A stretch of DNA of 64,000 bases from an uncultured Actinomycetes bacterium (lineage in GTDB: Bacteria > Actinomycetota > Thermoleophilia > UBA2241). Shown piece by piece: positions 1 through 10,670 of the stretch (the first letter of the stretch is position 1; the number at the start of each line of letters is the position of its first letter). The notes under the pieces were generated by a model. That model saw only the letters and a program-made list of their open reading frames with translations. It was not told the DNA's origin and did not search any database. A program made the position numbers and the translations under genes. Location of the stretch: assembly GCA_963755025.1 (NCBI GenBank), contig CAVWIH010000014.1, positions 64,001-128,000 on the forward strand. The letters are read 5' to 3'.

Positions 1-1481
1 CCAGTCGGCAGGGCACACACTTGCCGCAGCTCTCGTCCTGGGTGAACTGCAGAAAGAACTTGGCGAAGTCGACCATACAGGTGGCGTCGTCGACCACGAC
101 CATGCCACCGGAGCCCATCATGGAGCCCGCAGCGAGCAGGCTCTCGAAGTCGACGGGCGAGTCGAGCAAGTCGGCAGGCAGGCAACCGCCCGACGGTCCT
201 CCGAGCTGAACGGCCTTAAACTCACGGCCGGGCAGCATGCCGCCGCCGATATCGAAGATGACCTCGCGGAGCGTGGCGCCCATCGGCACCTCGACGAGGC
301 CGCCGTTCTGCAACTTTCCCGTCAGGCTGAATATCTTGGTGCCCTTCGAGGTCTCGGTACCCATCGCGCGGTAAGCGTCGACGCCGTTCGACACGATCCA
401 GGGCACGTTGGCGAACGTCTCGACGTTGTTCAGGTTGGTGGGCTCGCCGTAGAGGCCGTGGGCGACCGTGCGGATGTGTTTGCCGCGCGGCATGCCGCGC
501 TGGCCCTCGATGCTCGCCGTCAGTGCGGTCGATTCGCCGCAGACGAAGGCGCCGGCACCCTGGTTGATGACGATGTCGAACGTAAAGCCTGAGCCGAGGA
601 TGTCGTCGCCTAGCAGGTTGCGTTCGCGGGCCTGGGCAAGCGCGGCGTCGAGGCGCTGCACGGCGAACGGATACTCGGCGCGGACGTACACGTAGCCGTG
701 CACCGGGGCGACGCCGGCGCCGATAGCGAAGGCAGCGATAATCATACCCTCGATCACGGAGTGCGGGTTGCCCTCGAGCACGGAGCGGTCCATGAACGCG
801 CCGGGGTCGCCCTCGTCGCCGTTGCAGATGACGTACTTGCAGTTGCCGGGGTTGGCCCGGCAGAAGCGCCACTTCTTGCCGGCGGGGAACCCGGCGCCGC
901 CGCGGCCGCGCAGGCCGGCCGACTCCACCGTGTCGATGACGGCCATGGGGTCGTCGGCGGCGAGCACCTGAGCTAGGGCCCGGTAGCCGCCCTGCGTCAG
1001 GTAGTCGTCGATAGAGTACGGGTCGATCTTGCCGTTCAGCGCGAGTACGAGCCGGCGCTGACCGGCGTAGAAGGGGATGTCGCTCTCGTAGGGCACCGGC
1101 TTGCCGCTGCCGGGATCCTTGTAGAGCCGTTTCTCGTAGATGCCGTCGGAGGTGATGCTGGCGCCGATGATGCCGGCGACGTCGCTTGCGCGCACCCGCG
1201 AGTAGAACAACCCCTGCGGCTGTACAACTACGATAGGCCCCTGCTCGCAGAAGCCGTGGCAACCAGTCTCGACCACGCGCACTTCATCGGCAAGGCCGAG
1301 CTCGCCAAGCTGATCGTGGAAGGCGGCAGTCGACGGCTGGGCGTCCCGAGGCGTGACAAGCAGTGCCGGCGCAGATGCGCACCTCGCGCGCGCCGTCGTG
1401 CGCGACGACCTGGTCGGCGTGAAGGGCGCGTTCGAGGGCGGCGTGGACGGCCTGTGCGCGGTCGGTGGTCGTGGTGCTCAT
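1..1481 (-). CDS. nuoF: NADH-binding flavoprotein NuoF, HydB/BfuB-like, with N-terminal thioredoxin-like [2Fe-2S] domain; truncated at window edge, frameshifted near 1270-1350
   Basis: Manual translation gives RICAGTACHASG..CHGFCEQGP, GRGGAGFP, CNGDEGDPGAFMDR, GAGAFVCGE, NNVETFANV, GTKIF, GGPSGGC and ESCGKCVPCR. ATG at 1481 overlaps the upstream stop. Confidence 0.9.
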
Positions 1482-2241
1482 CGGTCGACCTCGGCCCTCT
1501 GTCGGAGCTCGTTTACGAGGCCGCGCGCCCTGTCGGGCGTCATGCGGCCGTGGGTCTCGTCGTCGCCGATCCTGACCACGGGAGCGAGAGCGCACGCGCC
1601 CACGCAACTCACCGTCTGGAGCGTGAACAGCCTGTCTTTTGTGGTCTTGCCGACTTCGATGCCGAGCTCCTCGGCGAAGGCCTCGGTGATGAGCGGCGCG
1701 CCGGCGACGTGGCAGGCGGTGCCGTGGCAGACGGTGATCGACGAAGCGGCCGACCGGCGACAGCCGGAACTGGTCGTAGAAGCTGGCCACGCCGTAGAGC
1801 TGCGAGAGCGACACGCCGGTCTCGACCGAGATCTCCTCGAGGGCGAGCGCGCGGCAGGTAGCCGTAGATCTCCTGCGTGTGCTGCAGGACGGCCATGAGG
1901 CCCGTGCCGGTCTCGCGGTAGTGGTCGATGACCGGCGCGATCCGGGTGAGGTCGGGCGCCGGCTGCGAGTCGGCGCGCACCCGCTTGATGCGCGCCTCGT
2001 TCACGGCCGGCAGCGCGTGCGTCGACTGGTAGTTGACGCGGATGACCTGCACGGGGCAGTTGGTCTCGCACAGCGTGCAGGAGCGGCAGCGGGGCTCGCC
2101 CGTCGCCGGGTCGACGACCACCCGGAACAGCCCGCGGCTGCGCTCCGGGAGCTGCTCGCGCTGCTCGGGGTACTGGACCGTGATCTTGCGCTGCGGCAGG
2201 TGGCCCAGGGTGGTGCGCATGGCTTTGAGGATGCCGAGCAT
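1478..2241 (-). CDS. Fusion of N-terminal half NuoI with NuoE/HydC [2Fe-2S] subunit (frameshifts near 1845 and 1740)
   Basis: TVQYPEQ..R.RG..CRSCTLCETNCP (NuoI N-terminus) runs in frame into LQHTQEIYGYLP. After the shifts come YGVASFYDQF..CHGTACH..CVGACALAP (NuoE). Confidence 0.85.
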
Positions 2242-3365
2242 CAGGTGAGCACCGCCACGCGGCTACGCTGCCGCTTGAGCCGCCAGCGCAGCACCGAGTC
2301 GAACAGGCCGACGAAGGCGATCAGGAAGATCCAGCTGTAGATCGCCATGGCGAGCTTCCAGTGCGGCGCCCAGAGCATGACGGCGGCGGTCGCCAGGATG
2401 TTGACCAGGCCGAGCGGGATGAGCACCTTCCAGGCGAATCCCATGAGCTGGTCGACCTGCAGCCGGGGCACCGACAGGCGGATCCAGACCAGGGCGAAGA
2501 CCAGCGCGTAGACCTTGACCAGGAACCAGACGATGGGCGATGAGCGACACGCCGTGGATGACGAACGCGTTCGCGAGCGGTCCCTGCCAGCCGCCCAGGA
2601 ACAGGGTGACCGTGACCATCGACATGATGGTCATGCCGGCGTACTCGTTCAGGAAGAACATGCCGAAGCGCATGCCCGAGTACTCGGTGCCGTAGCCGGC
2701 CACGAGCTCGGATTCGGATTCGGGCAGGTCGAAGGGCCCGCGGTTGAGCTCGGCGATGGAGGCGATGAAGAACAGCAGGAACGTGAAGGGCATGGTGAAG
2801 GCGAACCACTCGTAGTGGCTCTGGGCGCGCACCACGGCGTTCAGGCTGAGCGAGTCGGCGGCCATGGCGACGACCAGCAGGGCGAGGATCATGGGCAGCT
2901 CGTACGAGACCATCTGGGCCGCCGAGCGCAGGGCGCCGACCAGCGAGTACTTGTTGTGCGAGGCCCAGCCGCCCAGCAGGATCGCAGAGCACCGTGAAGC
3001 TCGTGATGGCGACGATGTAGATGAGGCCGACGTTCAGGTTCTGGTCGGTCCAGCCCTTCGTGTAGGGAATGACGACCTGGATGGCGACCGCGCCGATCAT
3101 GACCATGATCGGCGCCAGCGTGAACATCGCCTTGTCGGCGGCAGCCGGCGCGAAGTCTTCTTTGCCCATCATCTTGAACGAGTCGGCGACGCTCTGCAGG
3201 ATGCCCTGCCAGCCGGTGCGGTTGGGGCCCAGGCGGTCCTGCAGGAAGGCCAGCATGCGGCGCTCGAAGAGGATGTTGACGAGCGCCGCCACGAAGACGA
3301 TGCGAGTAGGCGATGGCGACCGCCACGACGACGCGCACGATGGCCCAGACGAGGTCCCAGCTCAT
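2241..3365 (-). CDS. nuoH: NADH-quinone oxidoreductase subunit H (several frameshifts)
   Basis: ERRMLAFLQDRLGPNR, KEDF, SYELP, AELNRGPFDLPESESELVAG and PRLQVDQLM..WK spread over three ORF pieces. Confidence 0.93.
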
Positions 3366-4579
3366 CGGTCGATCCCTCCGAGTACGAGGTCCATGCTGCC
3401 CGAGATGGCCACGGCGTCGGCGATCTTGTTGCCGCGCAGCAGCTTGGGGAAGATCTGCAGGTTGCACGAAGCAGGGGTCGCGGAACTTGAGCCGGTAGGG
3501 GTAGCGCGAGCCGTCGCTCACGATGTAGGTGCCGTACTCGCCGCGCGGGTTCTCCTGGCCTGTGTAGCAGGCGCCGGGCGGCGGCGTGATGATGTAGGGC
3601 GCGCGCAGCGTGCCGAGCTGCACCGGGCCGGGCGCCAGCAGGTCGAGCGCACTGCAGCACGATCTTGGCCGACTCGCGGATCTCGTCGACCCGCACCTGG
3701 TAGCGGTCGAGCACGTCGCCGTGCTCGCCCAGGCAGACCTTGAAGTCGAGCTCGGGGTAGACCGAGTAGGGCCGCGTGCGGCGCAGGTCGTGCGCCACGC
3801 CCGAGGCGCGCGCGTTGGGACCGGTGATGCCGTAGTCGGCCACGTCTTCCTGGGTCATGACGCCCTTGCCCATGCAGCGCTGCAGGAAGACGGCGTTGTC
3901 GTTGACGAGCGACTCGTACTCGTCGCACCAGGCGGGCACCTGGGCCATGAGCGCGCGGCACTTCTCGACCCAGCCGTCGGGCAGGTCGTAGCGCACGCCG
4001 CCGAAGCGGAAGTAGTTGAACATCATGCGCGCGCCGCTGGCCGACTCGAAGAGGTCGAGGATCTGCTCGCGGTGGCGGAAGGCGTAGAACACGAGGGCCG
4101 TGCCCAGGGGCGCGAGGTCGGCGGTGAACGTGCCGACGCCGACCTGGTGGCTGGCGATGCGGTTGAGCTCGGCCATGATCGATGCGGATGAACTCGGCGC
4201 GGCGCGTGGGCCGTATGCCGGCGAGCTTCTCGACGGTCATCACGTAGCCCCACTCGCAGTTCATGCCGGCGACGTACTCGGTGCGGTCGACGATCGGGAT
4301 GTACTGGAAGTAGGTGCGCTTCTCGGCGATCTTCTCTTTGCTGCGGTGCAGGTAGCCGATCACCGGGATGACGTCTTTGATGAGCTCGCCGTCGAGCGTG
4401 ACGACCAGGCGCAGCACGCCGTGGGTCGAGGGATGCTGCGGCCCCATGTTGACGACCACCTGGTCGAAGCCCAGCCCCGCCATGTCGCTGCCGTGACCGG
4501 AGGCCTCGGACGCGGCGATGCGCCGCAGCGCCAGGGCCATGGCCTCGTCGGGGGCCGCTATGGGAAAGGGCTCAGGCAT
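3362..4579 (-). CDS. nuoD: NADH-quinone oxidoreductase subunit D (frameshifts near 4180, 3645, 3465)
   Basis: NMGPQHPSTHGVLRL, GYLHR, DRTEY, ELNRIASH and ENPRGE. No NiFe CxxC motifs, so complex I rather than a hydrogenase. Confidence 0.93.
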
Positions 4580-5066
4580 GCGGGTGGTTCTCGACCGAGT
4601 CGACGTAGTCTTTGCGCAGCGGGTGGCCCACCCAGTCGTCGCCGAGCAGGATGCGGCGCAGGTCGGGATGGCCGTCGAAGCGGATGCCCATCATGTCCCA
4701 GGCCTCGCGCTCGTGCCAGTCGGCGGCGGGCCAGACGTCGGTCACCGTGGGCAGCACGGGCTTGTCGCGCGCCACGTCGACGTGCAGCTCGAGGTAGGTG
4801 TTGGAGGCGAACGAGTAGAGGTGATAGACGGCCTCGAAGCGCTCGCCGTGGTCGACGGCGGCGACGAAGTTGCAGGTCTCGTAGGCGATGCCGTCGAGCG
4901 CGCGCAGGGCCACCGCGAGGTCGTGCAGGCGAGCGCCCGCGACGATCGCGACGACGGTGTCGGGCTCCTGGACCCGCGCCTCGGCCAGGTCGTCGCCGAG
5001 CTCGGCGGCAAGGCGCGCGGCGACGGCGTCGATCGACAGGGCGGCGGAACCGATGGCCGGCAGCAC
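4572..5066 (-). CDS. nuoC: NADH-quinone oxidoreductase subunit C
   Basis: WPAADWHEREAWDMMGIRFDGHPDLRRILL..GHPLRKDY; GTG preceded by AGGAG. Confidence 0.93.
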   Translation of the reverse strand: MLPAIGSAALSIDAVAARLAAELGDDLAEARVQEPDTVVAIVAGARLHDLAVALRALDGIAYETCNFVAAVDHGERFEAVYHLYSFASNTYLELHVDVARDKPVLPTVTDVWPAADWHEREAWDMMGIRFDGHPDLRRILLGDDWVGHPLRKDYVDSVENHPHA

Positions 5067-5067
5067 G

Positions 5068-5760
5068 CTAGCTCCTGACCTTCTCGAGGCGGTCGTCAAC
5101 GGGCGGCGCGTCGTCGGCGACGTCGCTGCCGGCCTCAGCGTCGGGCGAGGCGGCGGGCGTGGCGCTTGCCGCGGGCGCGACGGCTTCGGGCGTCGCCTCG
5201 GCGACGGGCGCGGCGTCGGGGGGCGCCTGCAGCGGCGGCACGATGCGCATGGCCTGGATCTTCTTCTGCAGCTCGAGCAGCCCCTGGAACAGGGCCTCGG
5301 GGCGGGGCGGACAACCGGGGATGTAGACGTCGACCGGCACGATCTTGTCGACGCCGTTCACGACGTTGTAGCTATCGTAGAACGGGCCGCCGCTCGTGGC
5401 GCAGGCGCCCATGGCGATGACCCACTTGGGCTCGGCCATCTGCTCGTAGAGGAGCTTGAGCACGGGCGCCATCTTCTCGTTCACGGTGCCGGCCACGATC
5501 ATGAGGTCGCACTGCCGGGGCGTGGGCCGAAAGACCTCCATGCCGTAGCGCGCCACGTCGTAGCGGGCAAAGCCCGAGCTCAGCATCTCGATGGCGCAGC
5601 AGGCGAGACCATAGGTGAAGGGAAAGACGGAGTGCGAGCGCGCCCAGCTGAAGATGAAGTCGACCGTGGTCGTGACGACGTTGGGCTTTTCGAACTGGCT
5701 GATGTTGGGGTAGTGCACGTTCTCGGCGAGGGCCTTGAGATCGAGGTCGGTCAGACCCAT
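5068..5760 (-). CDS. nuoB: NADH-quinone oxidoreductase subunit B with Ala/Pro-rich C-terminal tail
   Basis: [37 protein letters not shown]. Confidence 0.95.
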   Translation of the reverse strand: MGLTDLDLKALAENVHYPNISQFEKPNVVTTTVDFIFSWARSHSVFPFTYGLACCAIEMLSSGFARYDVARYGMEVFRPTPRQCDLMIVAGTVNEKMAPVLKLLYEQMAEPKWVIAMGACATSGGPFYDSYNVVNGVDKIVPVDVYIPGCPPRPEALFQGLLELQKKIQAMRIVPPLQAPPDAAPVAEATPEAVAPAASATPAASPDAEAGSDVADDAPPVDDRLEKVRS

Positions 5761-6119
5761 TCGAGAGCCCCCTTGCGCCAGGCGTACACGAGGCCCACCG
5801 CCAGGACGGCGACGAAGACGACGACCTCGACGAAGCCCGTCGAGCCGAGGCTGCGAAAGCGCAGGGCCCAGGGGAACAGGAAGATGGCTTCGACGTCGAA
5901 GACCAGAAAGAGCAGGGCGAAGATGTAGTAGCGCACCGCGAACGGGTGCCAGGAGTCGCCGACCGGCTCGATGCCGCACTCGTAGGTGGAGTACTTGTCG
6001 CGCGAGGGGTGGACCGGGTAGATGAGCCGCGACATCAGCAGGATGCCTACGACCATCGCGGCGCCCGCGGCCATGAACACCGCGACGTAGATCCAGTTTG
6101 TCAGGAATGCGGTCGTCAT
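5751..6119 (-). CDS. nuoA: NADH-quinone oxidoreductase subunit A
   Basis: [32 protein letters not shown]. Confidence 0.95.
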   Translation of the reverse strand: MTTAFLTNWIYVAVFMAAGAAMVVGILLMSRLIYPVHPSRDKYSTYECGIEPVGDSWHPFAVRYYIFALLFLVFDVEAIFLFPWALRFRSLGSTGFVEVVVFVAVLAVGLVYAWRKGALEWV

Positions 6120-6156
6120 GCTCCAGCGTCGACTCGCGATCGGCAAATAAGCTGGT

Positions 6157-6174
6157 CTGTGAAGGTGTTCACGA
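6157..6174. promoter_or_regulatory. Rex operator upstream of nuoA
   Basis: CTGTGAAGGTGTTCACGA is close to the Rex consensus TTGTGAA-N4-TTCACAA and lies just downstream of the nuo -10 box. Confidence 0.75.
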
Positions 6175-6178
6175 AGCG

Positions 6179-6208
6179 ACTATAGCAAAGCCCGTCGAAG
6201 CGGCGCAA
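6179..6208 (-). promoter_or_regulatory. Housekeeping-sigma promoter of the nuo operon
   Basis: Minus strand TTGCGC-N18-TATAGT with extended TG (TGCTATAGT). Confidence 0.55.
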
Positions 6209-6349
6209 CCTGCTCTCAAGGCCCCGGCAGACCCCGCGGACATGCCCGTTTTGCAGGACATTAGTACGGCGCGCCGGCGCGCTTTCGAGCGCGCCCGGCG
6301 GCGCGGCCGGCGGCGCGGCCCAGAAGAAGCCGCTCTTTGCAGGAGAAGA

Positions 6350-6378
6350 TTGACGCTCTCGAGCCGGGTGCGTACTCT
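6350..6378 (+). promoter_or_regulatory. Housekeeping-sigma promoter of the tat operon
   Basis: TTGACG-N17-TACTCT. Confidence 0.55.
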
Positions 6379-6426
6379 GGGGAAGAGGCTCAAGCGGCCC
6401 CTGAACCCACGAAGGCAGGTCCTCAA

Positions 6427-7023
6427 GTGTTTCCCGGGATCGGACTCTCCGAGATCGCCATAGTGATCCTTATCGCCCTGGTCGTGTTCGGCCCCAAGCG
6501 GCTGCCCGAGATGGGGCGCCAGCTCGGCAAGGTCATCCGCGAGTTCCGCGACGCGACCTCCGACATACGTTCGCAGATCGGCATCGACGACATCACCGAC
6601 TCCGTCAAAGACATCAAGTCGGGCTTCAGCCTCACCTCGACCGGCGGCGCCACGACCGGCGCAGCCGCCGCCACGCCGGCCGCGGCTGCTACGCTCGACG
6701 CCGCGCTCGATACGCCGCAGATCGACACCGCGAGCGCCCCCGCGGCCACGCGCAGCAGCAACCGGCCGGTCGCCGCCGGCGCGCCGCCGGCCGCTCCCGA
6801 GGTGCGCAACGGCCCGGTCGCCGCGGGCGCGCCGGCACCGGCCGCGCCGCCCGTCGCCGCCGAGGCGGCCGTCGGCGCCCCGTCCCCGGTCACCGCCCCA
6901 TCACCGGTCAGCGCCCCGTCACGCGTCGCCGACGACGCCGGCGCCGGTGCTGAGGGAGGCGTCGAAGCGTTCGGCAAGCTCACCCGCCGCTCCGCTTCGT
7001 CGGTCCGCCCGACCGCCGACTGA
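6427..7023 (+). CDS. tatB: Twin-arginine translocase TatA/TatB family subunit
   Basis: FPGIGLSEIAIVILIALVVFGPKRLPEMGRQLGKVIREFR with a long Ala/Pro tail; adjacent to tatC. Confidence 0.85.
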   Translation: MFPGIGLSEIAIVILIALVVFGPKRLPEMGRQLGKVIREFRDATSDIRSQIGIDDITDSVKDIKSGFSLTSTGGATTGAAAATPAAAATLDAALDTPQIDTASAPAATRSSNRPVAAGAPPAAPEVRNGPVAAGAPAPAAPPVAAEAAVGAPSPVTAPSPVSAPSRVADDAGAGAEGGVEAFGKLTRRSASSVRPTAD

Positions 7024-7030
7024 CGGCGGC

Positions 7031-7819
7031 ATGGTCGACTTCGAAGAGAAAGTCACTCTTGTCGAGCACCTCGACGAACTGCGCCGGCGCATCGTCTACG
7101 CCGCGATAGCCCTGCTGGTCGGCATCCTGCTCGCCGCCCTCCTCAACCGCTTCGTGTTCGCGCTCCTGCTCCATCCGCTCAAGGTGCTGCCGGCGGGCGC
7201 GCCCCACAAGATCGTCACCTTCGGCCCGGCCGAGCCCTTCATGGTCAGCCTCAAGGTGTGGGCCTACTTCGGCATCGTGGCGGCCTCGCCGATCATCATC
7301 TATCAGTTCTGGGCCTTCATCGGGCCGGCTTTCAGCCCCGTCAGCCGGCGTGTGGTCCTGTTCGTGGTCGCCTGCTGCGTCTTTCTGTTCCTCTTCGGCG
7401 TGGTGTTCTGCTACCTCATCGTCCTGCCCCGGGGCCTGGCGTGGCTGTTCGACTTCAACAGCCACTACTTCACGGCCCAGGCGCGAGCCACCGACTACTT
7501 CTCGTTCGTCGCCTGGTTCCTGGTGGCGTTCGGGGCGGTCTTCGAGATGCCGGTCGTGATCATCGCCGCGGTGCGCATGGGCATCGTCAAGACCAAGTTC
7601 CTGCGCAAGAACTGGCGCTACGCCATCGTGATCAACGCCGTCATCGCCATGGTGGCCACTCCCAGCCAGGACGCCTTTTCGTTCATCGCCATGTTCATCC
7701 CGCTCGAGATCCTCTACGAGATCTCGCTGCTCATCGCGCGCGTCATGGAGAAGCGCCGGGCGGCCACCGCCTCGCAGCCGGCCGACGACGACACCGGGCC
7801 CACCACCGCTCCCGCCTGA
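7031..7819 (+). CDS. tatC: Twin-arginine translocase subunit TatC
   Basis: LVEHLDELRRR, YQFWAFIGP, FEMPV, TPSQD; six TM segments. Confidence 0.95.
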   Translation: MVDFEEKVTLVEHLDELRRRIVYAAIALLVGILLAALLNRFVFALLLHPLKVLPAGAPHKIVTFGPAEPFMVSLKVWAYFGIVAASPIIIYQFWAFIGPAFSPVSRRVVLFVVACCVFLFLFGVVFCYLIVLPRGLAWLFDFNSHYFTAQARATDYFSFVAWFLVAFGAVFEMPVVIIAAVRMGIVKTKFLRKNWRYAIVINAVIAMVATPSQDAFSFIAMFIPLEILYEISLLIARVMEKRRAATASQPADDDTGPTTAPA

Positions 7820-7844
7820 TGAAGCGGTACACTAGGGCTACCTC

Positions 7845-9932
7845 ATGAAGGACGTAGCAGACACGACCCCGACCAAACGCGCCCGCAAACGCCGCGCCAA
7901 GCGGCGGCCGCGCATGCACTGGGGCCGCCTGATCGTCTGCATCGTGATCTTCGCCGTGATCGCCGTGGTGGGGCTCGTGAGCGGCACCATCGTCGCCGTG
8001 TCGCACAACCTGCCCAACATCGACGCCATGAAGCCCCAGCAGCTCGGCCAGGACACCGTGATCTTCGACCGCAACGGCAACCGCATCGCCGAGCTCTACG
8101 GCGCGGTGAACCGCGTCGTGGTGCCCAGCAGGCAGATCCCCGAGGTCATGAAGAACGCCACCGTGGCCATCGAAGACAAGCGCTTCTACAAGCATCACGG
8201 CGTCGACTTCACGGGCATCGCCCGCGCCCTGGTCGACGACATCAAGGCCGGCCACGTGGTCGAGGGCGCCAGCACGATCACCGAGCAGTACGTGAAGAAC
8301 GCCTACATCGGCGACGACCCCACCCTCACGCGCAAGCTCAAAGAGGCGGTGCTCGCCTGGGAGCTCGAGGACCGCTGGTCCAAAGACAAGATCCTCACCG
8401 AATACCTGAACACCGTCTACTACGGGGCCGGCGCCTACGGCGTGCAGGCGGCGGCGCTCACCTACTTCCACAAGCCGGTCTCAAAGCTGACCCTGCCCCA
8501 GGCGGCGCTGCTCGCCGCGCTGCCCAAGTTCCCCAGCGAGTACTCGCCGATCACCGACCCCCAGGTCATCACCGAGCGCCGCAACCTGGTGCTCGACGGC
8601 ATGGCCCAGCAGGGCTACATCACCGTCGCCCAGGCCGCCGCGGCCAAGGCCGTCAAACTGCGCGTGTACGCCAAACCGGTCTCGAAGACCAACGACCCGG
8701 CGGGCTACTTCGTCGACTACGTCACCGGTCTGCTCGTCAACCGCTACGGCGCAAGCGAGGTCTACGAGGGCGGCCTGCGCGTGTACACCTCGATCGACAT
8801 GTCCATGCAGCAAGACGCCATCGCCGCGCTCAAGGAGCGCCTGCCCTCCACCGGCCAGGCCGGCGCCCTCGTGGCCATCGACCCGACCAACGGCTACATC
8901 CGCGTCATGTCGGCCAGCACCGACTTCAAGACCTACAAGTACGGCCTCGACTGGCAGGCACAGCGGCAGCCGGGCTCGACCATGAAGCCCTTCGCCCTCA
9001 TCGCCGCCGTCGAAGAGCACGCCGACCCGGCCACCACCTACTACAACTCGCACCCGCTGCACATCTACCTGGGTCCCGGCGCGAACCCGCCCTATTGGGA
9101 CGTCTACACCGCCGAAAAGTCGTCGGGCGGGCGCATGAACCTGGTGCAGGCCACCCTGCAGTCCGACAACACGGTGTTCGCCCAGCTCTGCCTCGACCTG
9201 GGGCCGGCGGCGATCGTGAAGGTCGCCCACGAGATGGGCGTCACCACCAAGCTCACGGCGATCCCCTCGATCGTGCTGGGCAGCGAAGACGTGAACGCGC
9301 TCGAGATGGCCGACGCCTACGCCACCATGGCCAGCGAGGGCGTGCACCACGCCCCACAGGCGATCGAGAAGGTCGTCTTCCCCAGCGGCAAGGTCGTCAA
9401 GACCAAGATCAAGGGCAACCGCGTGCTGTCGGCCGGCGTAGCCTACACCGTCGACAAGATCCTCGAGCAGAACACGAGCTCGTCGGGCGGCACCGCGGCG
9501 TCGATGCCCGACTACTACAGAGGCCGCTCGGCGGGCAAGACGGGCACCACCGACAACTACGTCGATGCCTGGTTCGACGGCTTCAACCCCAAGCTGGCGA
9601 CGGCCGTCTGGATGGGCTATATCGACTCGCGGCCCATGCCCGACGTGTTCGGCGCCACCTACTCGCTGCCCATCTGGGGCACGTTCTACAACAGCGTCTT
9701 CGGCTCGACCTACATCCCCGACTTCGCCACGCCCGCGGTCATGCCGTACTGGCTGCCGTGGGAGGGCAAGTACTCCAAGATGGCGCCGTCCCCGTCGCCC
9801 TCGCCCTCGTCGGGCTCGCCGTCGCCCGGGCCGACCCACACGACCCCCGCGACGACACCGCCGACGACGCACTCCTCGTCGCCCAAGCCGACGACACCGC
9901 CACCGACCACCACGGCCTCGCCCAAACCGTAG
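7845..9932 (+). CDS. Class A penicillin-binding protein (transglycosylase/transpeptidase) with Pro/Ser/Thr-rich tail
   Basis: EDKRFYKHHGVD, GASTITEQ, RKLKE, YLNTVYYG; STMK, SDN and KTG motifs. Confidence 0.95.
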   Translation: MKDVADTTPTKRARKRRAKRRPRMHWGRLIVCIVIFAVIAVVGLVSGTIVAVSHNLPNIDAMKPQQLGQDTVIFDRNGNRIAELYGAVNRVVVPSRQIPEVMKNATVAIEDKRFYKHHGVDFTGIARALVDDIKAGHVVEGASTITEQYVKNAYIGDDPTLTRKLKEAVLAWELEDRWSKDKILTEYLNTVYYGAGAYGVQAAALTYFHKPVSKLTLPQAALLAALPKFPSEYSPITDPQVITERRNLVLDGMAQQGYITVAQAAAAKAVKLRVYAKPVSKTNDPAGYFVDYVTGLLVNRYGASEVYEGGLRVYTSIDMSMQQDAIAALKERLPSTGQAGALVAIDPTNGYIRVMSASTDFKTYKYGLDWQAQRQPGSTMKPFALIAAVEEHADPATTYYNSHPLHIYLGPGANPPYWDVYTAEKSSGGRMNLVQATLQSDNTVFAQLCLDLGPAAIVKVAHEMGVTTKLTAIPSIVLGSEDVNALEMADAYATMASEGVHHAPQAIEKVVFPSGKVVKTKIKGNRVLSAGVAYTVDKILEQNTSSSGGTAASMPDYYRGRSAGKTGTTDNYVDAWFDGFNPKLATAVWMGYIDSRPMPDVFGATYSLPIWGTFYNSVFGSTYIPDFATPAVMPYWLPWEGKYSKMAPSPSPSPSSGSPSPGPTHTTPATTPPTTHSSSPKPTTPPPTTTASPKP

Positions 9933-10037
9933 GCCCGACCAGGGCCGAACGCCCGAGTGGCGCGCCGCGGTGTTCGGCGCGCAAGCGGCTTGGGCCGACC
10001 TGAGGCGGCGGCCCGGCCGGTTGCCGGCCGGTCGCCC

Positions 10038-10586
10038 TCAGAGACTCCGCTCGACGAACACGACGTCGACCAGGCGCCCGCCGACGCGTGCCAGCTCGTG
10101 AGCGACGCCCGCGACCGTGAACCCCAGGCTGCGGTAGAAGCGCAGCGAGGCCTCGTTGTCGGCGCGGATCTCGGTGAGCAGGCGCATGCGGCCCGCCGCC
10201 CGCGCGGCGGCAAAGCAGTGGTCGGCCAGCAAGCGGCCTATGCCGCGGCGCCGGAACGACTCGTCGACGTAGGTCCCTACGGTGAGCACGTGGTCGAAGG
10301 CGTGCGTACCGAACGAGGCGTAGGGCTCGAGCGACTGAAAGCCGACCACCCGCGGCCCCACGGCGGCGGCGCCCGCGCCGACCCCGGCGCCCGCCACGGG
10401 CGCCTCGGCCACCGCAAAGACGCCGCCCGCCGGGAACCCGGCGATGTAGCGGCGCTCCTCGTCGACCATGAAGGGTGTGTCGAGCAGGCTCTGGCGACCG
10501 TCGGCGATGGCCGCGTTCAGGATGGCGCAGACGGCCGCCGCGTCGTCGGGCGCCGCCCTGCGCACACGGACCGCATCGAGCTCCAC
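10038..10586 (-). CDS. GNAT family N-acetyltransferase
   Basis: YVDESFRRRGIGRLL, NEASLRFYRSLGF. Confidence 0.85.
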   Translation of the reverse strand: MELDAVRVRRAAPDDAAAVCAILNAAIADGRQSLLDTPFMVDEERRYIAGFPAGGVFAVAEAPVAGAGVGAGAAAVGPRVVGFQSLEPYASFGTHAFDHVLTVGTYVDESFRRRGIGRLLADHCFAAARAAGRMRLLTEIRADNEASLRFYRSLGFTVAGVAHELARVGGRLVDVVFVERSL

Positions 10587-10670
10587 GCTCAGCCCCCTAC
10601 GCCGGAGGGCGGCGAGCCGGCCCGCCCCTGCCCCACCGCGTTCGCGCCTTCGCCCGCCGCGGCCTTTGGC

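Noticed and set aside
3362-5760. Group 4 NiFe hydrogenase
   Set aside because: The large subunit lacks both CxxC Ni-binding motifs and NuoB has the tandem CC of complex I.
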